Shown here one piece after another: positions 38,980 to 48,111 of a DNA stretch of 59,402 bases. The translations under genes were made by a program, and so were the position numbers. How positions within the stretch are numbered: the first letter of the stretch is position 1; the number at the start of each line of letters is the position of its first letter. The DNA is from Actinomycetales bacterium. GTDB taxonomy: Bacteria > Actinomycetota > Actinomycetes > Actinomycetales > CAVURS01. The notes under the pieces are model-generated. The model worked only from the letters and a program-made list of their open reading frames with translations. It was not told where the DNA came from and did not search any database. The stretch spans positions 1-59,402 of the forward strand of contig JBJMHS010000040.1 in NCBI GenBank assembly GCA_045807245.1, written 5' to 3'.

Positions 38980-39576
38980 CTAGCTGATCAGGCCGCTGCG
39001 CAGCGCGATCATGACCAGCTCGGCGCGGTCGCCCGTGCCGAGCTTGCGGGCGATCCGGGCCAGGTGGCTCTTGACGGTCAGGGCCGACAGGCCGAGAGCG
39101 GAGCCGATCTCCTTGTTCGACTGGCCGTCGGCGACCAGCTGGAGGACCTCGATCTCGCGCGCGGACAGGCCCTCGGAGCCGCTGGGCCGGGCGGCCGGAG
39201 CGGACGGGGTGCGGCCGGCGACGACGAGCGCCCGGACTCCGGCGGCCAGGGCGGCGCGCACGGTGTAGGGGTCGGCGGTGGCCGAGATGATGACGGTGCG
39301 GGCCCAGCCCTGGGTCTTCAGGTCGTGGAGCAGCCCGATGCCGGAGCCGTCCGGCAGGCCGACCTCGGCGACGCAGAGCTCGCGCGGGCCCATGGCCCGC
39401 GCCCGCAGGCGTCCCTCGAGTGCGCCCGCGGCCACGACGACCTCGCGGGCACCTAGACCCCGCAGCGTCCGCGACACGGACTCGCGGGCCATCGAGTGGC
39501 CGGCGACGACCAGCGCGGAGAAGCGGCCGGGCCTGGGCAGGCTGGAAGCCCCTGCGCGCTCGACAACAACCGCCAC
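38980..39576 (-). CDS. whiI: Atypical orphan LuxR/NarL response regulator, WhiI orthologue
   Basis: CVAEVGLPDGSG pseudo-receiver; HTH GLSALTVKSHLARIARKLGTGDRA matches my recollection of Streptomyces WhiI; synteny rnd-whiI-DUF3000-hemE; AGGAGG RBS before GTG 39576. Confidence 0.85.
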   Translation of the reverse strand: MAVVVERAGASSLPRPGRFSALVVAGHSMARESVSRTLRGLGAREVVVAAGALEGRLRARAMGPRELCVAEVGLPDGSGIGLLHDLKTQGWARTVIISATADPYTVRAALAAGVRALVVAGRTPSAPAARPSGSEGLSAREIEVLQLVADGQSNKEIGSALGLSALTVKSHLARIARKLGTGDRAELVMIALRSGLIS

Positions 39577-39645
39577 AAGTGCCTCCTGTGCCTGTCGGCG
39601 CCCCGGCCGACCTGGCCCATCCCAGTGATGGCCCACCTGCGCTGT

Positions 39646-39673
39646 TCATCGGCAGGTCAGGAGGTTGCCTTTA
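39646..39673 (-). promoter_or_regulatory. Sigma28/WhiG-type promoter TAAA-N16-GCCGATGA
   Basis: Plus strand TCATCGGC at 39646-39653 and TTTA at 39670-39673, 16-nt spacer, about 70 bp upstream of whiI. Confidence 0.8.
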
Positions 39674-39721
39674 CTTCTCGCCGGGCTGTGGGCGCTGTGG
39701 GCGGCCCCCGGCGATGGACGC

Positions 39722-40309
39722 CTACCGGCGCCGGTGCGGCAGGGCGGTCACGCCCTCCGGCAGCGGGGGCAGCCCCGCCACGGTGCACAGCAGGTCGGCC
39801 CACGCCTCGAGGTGGCTCTGCATGTCCGGACCGAGCGGGGTCCACGACGCGCGGACCTCCATCTCCACGCTGGCCGGCCGGTCCGCCAGGGCGCCGAAGC
39901 TCTCCGACACGACCCGGGTCACCGTCCCCCCGCCGGCGGTGTGCTCCGCGCCGTGCGCCGCCAGGGCGTCGGTGAGCCAGGTCCAGCCGACCGCGCCGAG
40001 CATCGGGTCGCCGCCCATCTCCGGCTCGAGCTCGGCCCGGGCGAACGTCACGGCGCGGAAGGTGCCCTGCCAGGGCTCGGGGACCGTCGGGTCGTGCAGC
40101 AGGACGAAGCGGCCGCTGGCCAGCTCCTCCTCTTCGTCGCCCACTGCGGACATCACGTCCGCGGTGAGGGCCACGGCGTACGGCGCGATCCGGGCGGGCG
40201 GTGCGACCTCGGTCAGCACGATCTCCGGCCGGACCCGGGCGGCATGCACTTGCTCGATCGCGCGCAGGAACTCCTCGGGCGCGTCCCCCGGTGCCTGTCG
40301 CTGAGCCAC
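39722..40309 (-). CDS. DUF3000 family protein
   Basis: PARIAPYA, GRFVLLHDP, GGTVTRV.SESFG and EVRASWTP; TACCCT-N6-GTG start. Confidence 0.9.
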   Translation of the reverse strand: MAQRQAPGDAPEEFLRAIEQVHAARVRPEIVLTEVAPPARIAPYAVALTADVMSAVGDEEEELASGRFVLLHDPTVPEPWQGTFRAVTFARAELEPEMGGDPMLGAVGWTWLTDALAAHGAEHTAGGGTVTRVVSESFGALADRPASVEMEVRASWTPLGPDMQSHLEAWADLLCTVAGLPPLPEGVTALPHRRR

Positions 40310-40379
40310 CAGGGCAGGGTAGGCCGCGTGGCTGACCCGGCGCGTCCGGCGCGCCGAAGCTGGGCCATAGGGTTCCCGG

Positions 40380-41207
40380 GTGGCTGCCCTGCTCGCGATC
40401 GGATCGAGCATCCTGTGGGGCAGCGCCGACTTCGTCGGTGGTCTGGTGTCACGGACCCGCAACGCCTACGCCGTCGTGGCCGGCTCACAGGCGTTCGGCC
40501 TGCTGGTCATCGGGATCGTCGCTGTGGTGACCGGCGACTGGCGGGCCTCGCTCGGGTACCTTCCCTGGGCTGTGGCTGCGGGGCTGTCCGGCGCCCTGGG
40601 CCTGGTGGCGTACTACGCCGGCCTGTCCTCCGGCACCATGGGCGTCGTCGCGCCGATCGCCTCGATGGGCGCCGTCGTCCCGGTCGCCCTGGCCATCGCG
40701 GGCGGGGAGAAGCCGTCCTGGCTGCAGCTCGTGGGCATCGCGGTGGCCCTGCTCGGCGTGGCCGCGGCCAGCGGGCCGGAGCTGTCCGGCGGCACCGGCC
40801 GGCGACCCGTGATGCTCGCGTGCATCGCCGGTCTGGCTTTCGGCTTCGCGCTGTTCTTCATCGGCCATGGGTCCGCCCACGACGAGGTCATGACGCTGGT
40901 CGGCATGCGCGCCGCCACTGTCGGGCTGTTCCTGGTCACAGCGCTGGCCCTGCGGACGCTCGGCGGGCTGCAGCGCCGCGACGCCGGCCCGCTGGCGGTC
41001 GTCGGCGTCGGTGACGTGGTCGCCAACCTGATGTTCGCGGTGGCCTCGACCCGCGGCCTGCTCAGCGTCGCCTCCGCGCTCACCTCGTTCTACCCCGTGG
41101 TCACGACCCTCCTGGCCCGCTGGGTGCTGCACGAGCGGCTGCGCGCCGTCCAGGGGCTCGGGGTCGTCCTCGCCGTGGGTGGCGTTGCACTGATCACGGT
41201 CGGCTGA
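40380..41207 (+). CDS. EamA/DMT family transporter
   Basis: About 10 TM segments, WGSADFVGG, YPVVTTLLA and LHERL. Confidence 0.9.
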   Translation: MAALLAIGSSILWGSADFVGGLVSRTRNAYAVVAGSQAFGLLVIGIVAVVTGDWRASLGYLPWAVAAGLSGALGLVAYYAGLSSGTMGVVAPIASMGAVVPVALAIAGGEKPSWLQLVGIAVALLGVAAASGPELSGGTGRRPVMLACIAGLAFGFALFFIGHGSAHDEVMTLVGMRAATVGLFLVTALALRTLGGLQRRDAGPLAVVGVGDVVANLMFAVASTRGLLSVASALTSFYPVVTTLLARWVLHERLRAVQGLGVVLAVGGVALITVG

Positions 41208-41228
41208 GACGCGTGAAAGCATCCGCGG

Positions 41229-42281
41229 GTGACTGAGATCGGCTCGACCGGCAATGCCGGCGACGGCGCCTTCCTCCGGGCCTGCCGCCGTCAGCCGGTG
41301 CCCCACACGCCGGTCTGGTTCATGCGCCAGGCCGGGCGGTCGCTGCCCGAGTACCGCAAGGCCCGCGAGGGCATCGCCATGTTGGACGCCTGCATGCGAC
41401 CGGATCTGGTCACCGAGATCACCTTGCAACCAGTTCGCCGGTACGGCGTGGATGCGGCGATCCTCTTCAGCGACATCGTGGTGCCGCTCAAGGCCATAGG
41501 CCTCGATCTCGACATCGTCCCAGGCGTGGGACCCGTTGTGGCGCAACCGATCCGGTCGGCAGAGGATCTGCAGCGACTGCGTGAGCTGACGCCGGACGAC
41601 GTGCCGTACGTCGCCGAGGCGGTACGCACCCTGGTCGCGGAGCTCGGACCGACGCCGCTTATCGGCTTCGCCGGCGCGCCGTTCACCCTCGCGTCGTACC
41701 TCATCGAGGGCGGACCCTCACGCGGGCACGAACGCACCAAGGCGCTGATGTACGGCGACCCCGAGCTGTGGCACGAGATCCTCCGCCGCCTGGCGCAGAT
41801 CGCCGGGACGTTCCTGCAGGTACAGGTCGATGCTGGGGCGTCGGCGGTGCAGCTGTTCGACTCCTGGGTGGGTGCCCTGCCGTTGCGGGACTACGTCCGC
41901 CAGGTCCAGCCGCACTCGGCCGCCGCCCTTGATGCGGTCGCCGGCCGGGGCGTCCCGCGGATCCACTTCGGGGTCGGCACCGGCGAGCTGCTCGGCGCGA
42001 TGGGGGAGGCGGGCGCGGAGGTGGTCGGCATCGACTTCCGGCTGACCCTGGCCGAGGGCGCCCGCCGGGTCGGCCCGGACCGAGCGGTGCAGGGCAACCT
42101 CGACCCGGCCGCAGTGTTCGCCCCGTGGCCGGCCGTCCGGCAACGGGTGCTGGACGTCCTGGCCGACGCCGAGGGCCTGCCCGGCCACGTCTTCAACCTG
42201 GGGCACGGCGTGCCGGCCGAAGCCGACCCGGACGTGCTCAGCCGCATCGTCGACCTGGTGCACGAGCAGACGGCGCACTGA
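41229..42281 (+). CDS. hemE: Uroporphyrinogen decarboxylase
   Basis: [37 protein letters not shown] and FNLGHG. Confidence 0.97.
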   Translation: MTEIGSTGNAGDGAFLRACRRQPVPHTPVWFMRQAGRSLPEYRKAREGIAMLDACMRPDLVTEITLQPVRRYGVDAAILFSDIVVPLKAIGLDLDIVPGVGPVVAQPIRSAEDLQRLRELTPDDVPYVAEAVRTLVAELGPTPLIGFAGAPFTLASYLIEGGPSRGHERTKALMYGDPELWHEILRRLAQIAGTFLQVQVDAGASAVQLFDSWVGALPLRDYVRQVQPHSAAALDAVAGRGVPRIHFGVGTGELLGAMGEAGAEVVGIDFRLTLAEGARRVGPDRAVQGNLDPAAVFAPWPAVRQRVLDVLADAEGLPGHVFNLGHGVPAEADPDVLSRIVDLVHEQTAH

Positions 42282-42314
42282 ACCTCGGGTCGGCCGGTCG
42301 GGCGCCGGGTCGGC

Positions 42315-43313
42315 TCAGGACTCAGAGGCCGGTACGGCGGGCGGGCCGGGGAGCACGCGCCGTCGCCGCCACAGGACGAGGAGCGGGACCGCGACCAGCG
42401 CCAGCACGATGCCGAACGGCAGGAGCGCGCCGAGCACGGTGAGCACCGCGACCAGCGAGGTCACGAACGCGTCCCACCCGTTGCTCAGCCCGGCGAGGAA
42501 GCCGGTGTTGTCCTTGTGCTTCGGGGCCGGGGCGCCCTGCGCGTTGAGCGACACCGTCAGGGTGGCCAGGTCGACCGCGTCGTCGAGGCTCTTGAGCTGG
42601 GCCTCGAGCGACTCGAGGTCGCTCTCGCGCTGCGACAGCTCACCCTCGATGGCGACGATGTCGGAGATCTTGGTGGCCTGCGCCAGCAACGCCCGGATGC
42701 GGGCCACGCTCGCCTTCTGAGTGGCTATCCGGCTCGCGACGTCGATGCTCTGCTGGGTGACGTCGGAGCTGGTCTGGCCGCGCGAGGTGACCTTGCCCAG
42801 CCGCGCGACCTGGTCGGTCAGCGGGCCCAGCTGGTCCTGCGGCACCCGCAGCTGGAGGGTCGACGCGGCCGCTCGTCCGGAGCCGGACGTCTGTTCGTCG
42901 CCGACGTAACCGCCGGCCCCTGAGGCCAGGGCGCGCACCCGGCCCGCGGTCTGGAACACGTCCCGCACCGTGAGCGCGACAGATGACTTGAGGATGAGCC
43001 GTCGGTTCTGGAGCACGGCCGCGCTGACCGCCTGCTCGCTCAGGTCGCCCGACCCGCCGGCTGTGTCGGCGCCGCGAGGCGCCTGCGCGAAGCCTCCGGC
43101 CGCCGGCTTGCCCGCGCTGTCGCTGGCCGCCTTGCCGACCGAAGCACCTCCCGAGCCGCCCGCCGCGCCGGAGGTGTTCGAGGAGCCGCCCGGTCCGCTG
43201 CAGGCAGCAACGGTGCCCAGCGCGACCGTCGCCCCGACGGCGGTCGCGAGCAGTGCCGTCATCATCCGCCGGCGGGTGCCGGGCCCTGCCTGGGTCTGCC
43301 CGATGTGCCACAT
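42315..43313 (-). CDS. DUF4349 family lipoprotein
   Basis: GGAGG RBS before ATG 43313, lipobox VAAC, Gly/Ser linker, LRVP...DVT coiled coil, C-terminal TM helix. Confidence 0.85.
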   Translation of the reverse strand: MWHIGQTQAGPGTRRRMMTALLATAVGATVALGTVAACSGPGGSSNTSGAAGGSGGASVGKAASDSAGKPAAGGFAQAPRGADTAGGSGDLSEQAVSAAVLQNRRLILKSSVALTVRDVFQTAGRVRALASGAGGYVGDEQTSGSGRAAASTLQLRVPQDQLGPLTDQVARLGKVTSRGQTSSDVTQQSIDVASRIATQKASVARIRALLAQATKISDIVAIEGELSQRESDLESLEAQLKSLDDAVDLATLTVSLNAQGAPAPKHKDNTGFLAGLSNGWDAFVTSLVAVLTVLGALLPFGIVLALVAVPLLVLWRRRRVLPGPPAVPASES

Positions 43314-43351
43314 GTGGTGCCTCCGCGGTCCGCCGGGCGAGCCCGGCCCGT

Positions 43352-43368
43352 TGTGTTGACGCTGTGAC
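43352..43368 (-). promoter_or_regulatory. Possible MtrA-type site GTCACAGCGTCAACACA
   Basis: GTCACA and AACACA half-sites 11 bp apart upstream of the DUF4349 gene. Confidence 0.45.
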
Positions 43369-43436
43369 GGCGCGCGCCCCGGGCCCGGTTCCCGGCCCGA
43401 GGTCTCGGACCGGTCACGGTCTGCGAACCTGGGCGC

Positions 43437-44924
43437 GTGACCGGTCCGACCCCGCCTTCTGCCCTGTCGGGGCCGACGGTCGTCGTCGTGGGGGCCGGCA
43501 TCTCGGGGCTCACGGCGGCGTACGAGCTGTTGTCGCGTCGGCCGGGCCTCCGGGTCCTGGTGCTGGACGGTGCCGAGCAGGTGGGAGGCAAGCTGACGCT
43601 CGTCGAGGTCGCTGGCGTCACCCTCGATGCCGGTGCAGAGGCCTTCCTGGCCCGCCGGCCCGAGGCGCTCGACCTGGCGCGGGCCGTCGGTCTCGGTGAT
43701 GACCTGGAGACGCCGCACACGGCGACGGCCGGCGTGTGGTCCCGCGGGCGGCTGCAGCCGTTGCCGTCGGGCACGCTCATGGGCGTCCCCGCGTGGAGCC
43801 GGGAGGCGATCGGCGTCCTGACCGCGCAGGAGGCGGCTCGGATCGACCGGGAGGTGGCGGAACCCGCGCCGCCGATGACGGACGACGTCGATGTCGCGTC
43901 GTACGTCTCCTCGCGTGTGGGTCCTGCGGTGGTGGACCGGCTGGTCGAGCCGCTGCTGGGCGGGGTGTACGCCGGCCACGCCGACCGGCTCTCGCTGCAG
44001 GCCACGCTCCCTGTGGCGTGGGAGGCGGCCCGGACCGGTGCCAGCCTCGTGGCGGCCGCGCGGGCTCAGCGCTCTGCGGCACCCCGCCGGGGCCGGGAGG
44101 GGGCCGCCGCTCCGGTGTTCGCGGGCATCCGGGGTGGGGTGGGGCGGCTGACCGCCGCGGTCGCGGACGCTGTCGTGCGGGCGGGCGGCGACATACGCAC
44201 GCGCGTCACCGTGCGCGGGGTCGAGCGCGCCGCGGGGCGATGGCTCCTCACCACCGGGTCACGCGCCGACGAGGCGCACCTGACAGCGGATGCGCTCGTG
44301 CTGGCCGTGCCGGCCCGCCCGGCCAGCCGGTTGCTCGCCGGCGCAGTCCCGGCGGCGGCCGCCGAGCTGGCTGCGGTCGAGGCCGCCAGCATCGCGCTCG
44401 TCGTCGCTGTGCTGCCCGGGGCGGCCGAGACCGTTGCGGGCGGAGGGTCGGGCTTCCTGGTGCCGCCCGTGGACGGCCGGCTGGTCAAGGCCGTGACCTA
44501 CAGCAGCGCCAAGTGGGACTGGCTCTCCCGCGCGGCCGGACCGGACCTCGTCGTACGGCTCTCGGTCGGGCGGCAGGGCGAGGAGGCGACGTTGCAGCGG
44601 ACGGACGCGGAGCTGACGTCCGCGGCCCTCGACGAGCTCGCCGAAGCGATGCGGGCTGACCTGCCGCAGCCGGCCGGGACGCGTGTCGTCCGGTGGGGAG
44701 GTGGCCTGCCGCAGTACGCCGTGGGTCACGTCGACCGGATGGCCCGGGTGCGCGCCGCCGTCGCGGGGCAGCCGGGGCTCGCGGTGTGTGGCGCGTATCT
44801 CGACGGCCTGGGCGTCCCGGCGTGCATCGCCACCGCACGGACCGCCGCAGAGCGGGTGCTGGCCGACCTGCCGGAAGGGGCGGGGACCCCCGGCGTCCGA
44901 GGGGGACGGACAATGGACCCGTGA
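43437..44924 (+). CDS. hemY: Coproporphyrinogen/protoporphyrinogen oxidase (HemY/CgoX)
   Basis: [31 protein letters not shown] and LPQYAVGH. Confidence 0.95.
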   Translation: MTGPTPPSALSGPTVVVVGAGISGLTAAYELLSRRPGLRVLVLDGAEQVGGKLTLVEVAGVTLDAGAEAFLARRPEALDLARAVGLGDDLETPHTATAGVWSRGRLQPLPSGTLMGVPAWSREAIGVLTAQEAARIDREVAEPAPPMTDDVDVASYVSSRVGPAVVDRLVEPLLGGVYAGHADRLSLQATLPVAWEAARTGASLVAAARAQRSAAPRRGREGAAAPVFAGIRGGVGRLTAAVADAVVRAGGDIRTRVTVRGVERAAGRWLLTTGSRADEAHLTADALVLAVPARPASRLLAGAVPAAAAELAAVEAASIALVVAVLPGAAETVAGGGSGFLVPPVDGRLVKAVTYSSAKWDWLSRAAGPDLVVRLSVGRQGEEATLQRTDAELTSAALDELAEAMRADLPQPAGTRVVRWGGGLPQYAVGHVDRMARVRAAVAGQPGLAVCGAYLDGLGVPACIATARTAAERVLADLPEGAGTPGVRGGRTMDP

Positions 44925-45634
44925 ACGAGACTCCGAACGAGCCGACCCGCGGTCAGCAGGCGCGCGAGATCAACGCGACGATCCGGTACGCGATGTGGTC
45001 GGTGTTCGCCGTGGACGGCGAGCTCGGCGAGGGCCGGGCCGGTCTGGCCGACGAGGCCGAGACCGAGCTGGAGCGCCTGGCGGACAAGGGGCTGACCATC
45101 CGGGGCTGGTACGACGTGGGCGGCCTGCGCGCGGACGCCGACCTCATGGTGTGGTGGCACGCACCTGACCTGGAGACGGTGCAGCAGGCGTACCGGACCC
45201 TGCGTCGTACGGCGCTGGGGCGCCACCTGCGTCCGGTCTGGTCCGTCGTCGCGCTGCACCGGCCGGCCGAGTTCAACAAGAGCCACGTGCCGGCGTTCCT
45301 GGCCGGCGAGGAGCCGGGCGGGTTCATCTGCGTCTACCCGTTCGTCCGCTCCTACGAGTGGTACCTGCTGCCCGAGGAGGAGCGCCGTCGCCTGCTCGCC
45401 GAGCACGGGATGCAGGCCCGGCCGTACCCGGACGTGCGGGCCAACACGGTGTCGGCGTTCGCGCTGGGCGACTACGAGTGGGTCCTCGCGTTCGAGGCCG
45501 AGGAGATGCACCGCATCGTGGACCTGATGCGCGACCTGCGGGCCTCGGGCGCCCGCCGGCACGTGCGCGAGGAGGTGCCGTTCTACAGCGGCCGGCGGCT
45601 CCCGTTGGCCGAGTTGGTGGCCGACCTGCCGTGA
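44921..45634 (+). CDS. hemQ: Coproheme decarboxylase (HemQ/ChdC)
   Basis: [31 protein letters not shown] and [12 protein letters not shown] overlap with hemY. Confidence 0.95.
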   Translation: MNETPNEPTRGQQAREINATIRYAMWSVFAVDGELGEGRAGLADEAETELERLADKGLTIRGWYDVGGLRADADLMVWWHAPDLETVQQAYRTLRRTALGRHLRPVWSVVALHRPAEFNKSHVPAFLAGEEPGGFICVYPFVRSYEWYLLPEEERRRLLAEHGMQARPYPDVRANTVSAFALGDYEWVLAFEAEEMHRIVDLMRDLRASGARRHVREEVPFYSGRRLPLAELVADLP

Positions 45635-45640
45635 GGTCGG

Positions 45641-46063
45641 TCAGGCCTGGTCGGGCTCCAGCCGCAGGCTGATCGAGTTGATGCAGTAGCGCTGGTCGGT
45701 GGGTGTGTCGTAGCCCTCGCCCTCGAACACGTGGCCCAGGTGCGAGCCGCAGTTCGCGCAGCGGACCTCGACCCGCTTCATGCCGAGCGCCGTGTCCTCG
45801 ATGTACTCGACCCTGTCCCCGGCCAGCGGGGAGTAGAACGACGGCCAGCCGCAGTGCGACTCGAACTTGGTGTCGCTGCGGAACAGCTCGGTGCCGCAGG
45901 CGCGGCAGGAATAGACGCCCTGGGTCTTGGTATCGGTGTACTCGCCGGTGAACGCGCGCTCGGTGCCGGCCTCGCGCAGGACCCGGTACTCGGCCGGCGA
46001 CAGCGTCTCGCGCCACTCCTCGTCAGTCCGCTGTACGGCGTACGTGCGGTCGGTGTGCTGCAT
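45641..46063 (-). CDS. msrB: Methionine-R-sulfoxide reductase
   Basis: GTERAFTG, two CxxC, CGWPSF, HLGHVF and RYCINS; GAAGGAG RBS before ATG 46063. Confidence 0.96.
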   Translation of the reverse strand: MQHTDRTYAVQRTDEEWRETLSPAEYRVLREAGTERAFTGEYTDTKTQGVYSCRACGTELFRSDTKFESHCGWPSFYSPLAGDRVEYIEDTALGMKRVEVRCANCGSHLGHVFEGEGYDTPTDQRYCINSISLRLEPDQA

Positions 46064-46102
46064 GCGTCTCCTTCTCAAGAACTTCATCATCCTGCCAGGC
46101 AC

Positions 46103-46129
46103 AACACCGGTGGGACGCCGGTCCGTTCC
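46103..46129 (-). promoter_or_regulatory. SigR/SigH-type ECF promoter GGAAC-N19-GTT upstream of msrB
   Basis: Plus strand GTTCC at 46125-46129 and AAC at 46103-46105. Confidence 0.7.
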
Positions 46130-46203
46130 CGCTGGACGGGCGCCCCACCTTGCGGTGTGCTGACGTCTGGTGTGCAGCCGGACGACCTGCGGGTCGTGGT
46201 TGC

Positions 46204-46689
46204 TCAGCCGAGGAAGGTCGTACCCGCGTAGACGTGCAACACCGGGACGCCGAGACGCTCCCGCGCCCGGCTGGCCCAGTCGCGGTGGAAGGTGTCCTCC
46301 ACGGCGTGCGGGCGGGTCACGACGACGACCTCGCGAGCACCATAGGCGGTGACGGCGTTCGAAAGGGCGGGGAGCGGGTCGTCTTGCGTGACCTCGCCCT
46401 CGACCTCCGCGCCGAGGCCACGCAACGAGGTGAGAGACGCCGCCAGCGCCTCCTGCGCGCCGGCCCTGGCCTGGTCCGCCTTCGGCTCGCGGCCGCGCAG
46501 GGCGTTGAGCGCCGCCCGCAGCTCACCCAGACTCAGATGGTCGACGACGTCGGCCAGCAGGTTGCGCTCGGTGTCGGCCGGCACGAGGACTCGGTAGGAC
46601 AGCTCCTCGCCCTCGTGCAGCTCCGCGATACGCGCGGCGTCCCGGGCGTCGAGGGCCTGCTCGGTCAGCACGAGGATGACGTCGGTCAC
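46204..46689 (-). CDS. Conserved protein with a USP-like fold
   Basis: VEGEVTQDDP, EVVVVTRPH and ARERLGVPVLHV; CATACT-N6-GTG start. Confidence 0.75.
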   Translation of the reverse strand: MTDVILVLTEQALDARDAARIAELHEGEELSYRVLVPADTERNLLADVVDHLSLGELRAALNALRGREPKADQARAGAQEALAASLTSLRGLGAEVEGEVTQDDPLPALSNAVTAYGAREVVVVTRPHAVEDTFHRDWASRARERLGVPVLHVYAGTTFLG

Positions 46690-46735
46690 CGGGCCAGTAT
46701 GTCGGGCCTGCGCCTGACCCGGTGACCGGCGCTGC

Positions 46736-47956
46736 CTAGAAGCCGGCCGTCCCGTTCGGTGTGCCGAGGCCGGTGGGCCCGTCCCAGCCGGACCGCGCGT
46801 GGCACAGCTGCGAAGGGGAGCAGGACCCGTTGGAACCGCTCGTCACGTCGAAGAGGGAGGACGCGTGCTGGTACGGCAGGGCGCTCGGGTAGCCGGAGGT
46901 GTTGCCGGACAGTGCGTAGACCGACGCGATGATCGGCGACGACGCACTGGTACCGCCGAACACGAGCCATCCGGACCGGCCCTGGTAACGCGTCGAGTCG
47001 TACACCGCCACGCCGGTCTGCGGGTCGGCCACCGCGGAGACGTCCGCCATCGCGCGCTTGCTGCAGCCGGTGTTGAACGACGCCGCAGCGGCGAGCGCCG
47101 CGTTGTACGCCGAGCAGCCGGAGCCCGCGCCGCTCCAGGCCGTCTCGCTCCAGCCTCGTGAGCTGGAGGCGGTCCGCAGGGACGTGCCGCCGACCGCGAC
47201 CGCGTACGCCGAGTCGGCCGGGAACGACCCACCCTGGTAGCCACCGTCGCCCGTGGAGGCCGTCACGGCGATCCCCGGGTGGTTGTAGTAGTGGCCGTAC
47301 GTCGAGTCAGGGGCGTCGCTGCCGCCGTAGCTGTTGGAGATCGCGACGACGCCCGCCGCCCCTGCGGCCCGGTTCACCGCGGTACCGAGGTTGGCGAAGG
47401 ACGCCGTGTTGGCCTCGACCAAGAGGATGTGGCAGGTCGGGCAGGCGGCGGACACCATGTCGAGGTCGAGGCTGATCTCCTGGGCCCAGCCGCCGTTCTT
47501 GGCGGGATAGGTGGTCGTACCGGTCTGGCTGATCTTCCTGAAGCAGCCGTTCGCCGTGGTGCACGCCGGGAGACCGAACTGGGACCGGTACACGCCGAGG
47601 TCGGCCTCGGCGGTCGGGTCGTCGTAGGCGTCGACGATGGCAACGGTCCGTCCGCTCGCGTTCAGCCCGCTGAGCTTGTAGGCCGACTGGATCTGGCTGG
47701 GCCCGTAGCCGGAGGGCGCGGCCAGCGCTGCGGCGGCTTGCGCGCGAGTCATCTGTCGGTCGGTGCGGACGATGGCCAGACATGCGGCCTGGCCGGCCTG
47801 AGCCGTCGCGCACGAGTGCTGCGTGTTCGCGGCAGCCTGCCCGGGCTGCGCCGTAGCGAGCACGGCCGCAGTCGTGAGGCTGGTGACCAGTGCAGTGGTC
47901 AGCGCGACCGCCCGTTTGGTGGACCGTTTCGTAGAGACAGGAGATACGAGAGACAC
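46736..47956 (-). CDS. Secreted S53 (sedolisin-like) serine peptidase
   Basis: Signal peptide, EISLDLD, ASTGDGG, GGTSASSP and GWDGPTGLGTP; GAAGGAG RBS before GTG 47956. Confidence 0.88.
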   Translation of the reverse strand: MSLVSPVSTKRSTKRAVALTTALVTSLTTAAVLATAQPGQAAANTQHSCATAQAGQAACLAIVRTDRQMTRAQAAAALAAPSGYGPSQIQSAYKLSGLNASGRTVAIVDAYDDPTAEADLGVYRSQFGLPACTTANGCFRKISQTGTTTYPAKNGGWAQEISLDLDMVSAACPTCHILLVEANTASFANLGTAVNRAAGAAGVVAISNSYGGSDAPDSTYGHYYNHPGIAVTASTGDGGYQGGSFPADSAYAVAVGGTSLRTASSSRGWSETAWSGAGSGCSAYNAALAAAASFNTGCSKRAMADVSAVADPQTGVAVYDSTRYQGRSGWLVFGGTSASSPIIASVYALSGNTSGYPSALPYQHASSLFDVTSGSNGSCSPSQLCHARSGWDGPTGLGTPNGTAGF

Positions 47957-48049
47957 GGACTTCTCCTTCGTGGTGACGACGTCGTCGTCGGTGAGGAGGC
48001 GGCGGCGCGGGGTTTTGATCCCGCCACTCGGGAACCTGTCAGCCGGATG

Positions 48050-48088
48050 TCCAAGCACAGCCCAAGATCGGGTCAAGGTTCGGTCAAA
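48050..48088. promoter_or_regulatory. Four direct repeats with an exact 11-bp period (TCCAAG/CCCAAG/GTCAAG/GTCAAA)
   Basis: CAA cores begin at 48052, 48063, 48074 and 48085 in the divergent peptidase/ligC intergenic region. Confidence 0.65.
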
Positions 48089-48111
48089 CTTGCGGCGGGC
48101 ATGATGGGCAC

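Noticed and set aside
42315..43979. 554-aa version of the DUF4349 ORF
   Set aside because: The extension overlaps hemY antisense; the RBS and signal peptide support a start at 43313.
46204..46689. Indole-3-glycerol phosphate synthase label that I recall being attached to similar proteins
   Set aside because: Too short for a TIM barrel and no TrpC motifs; it looks USP-like.
47975..47986. 12-bp palindrome GACGACGTCGTC in the peptidase leader
   Set aside because: Built from GAC/GTC triplets that are very common in this sequence, so probably chance.
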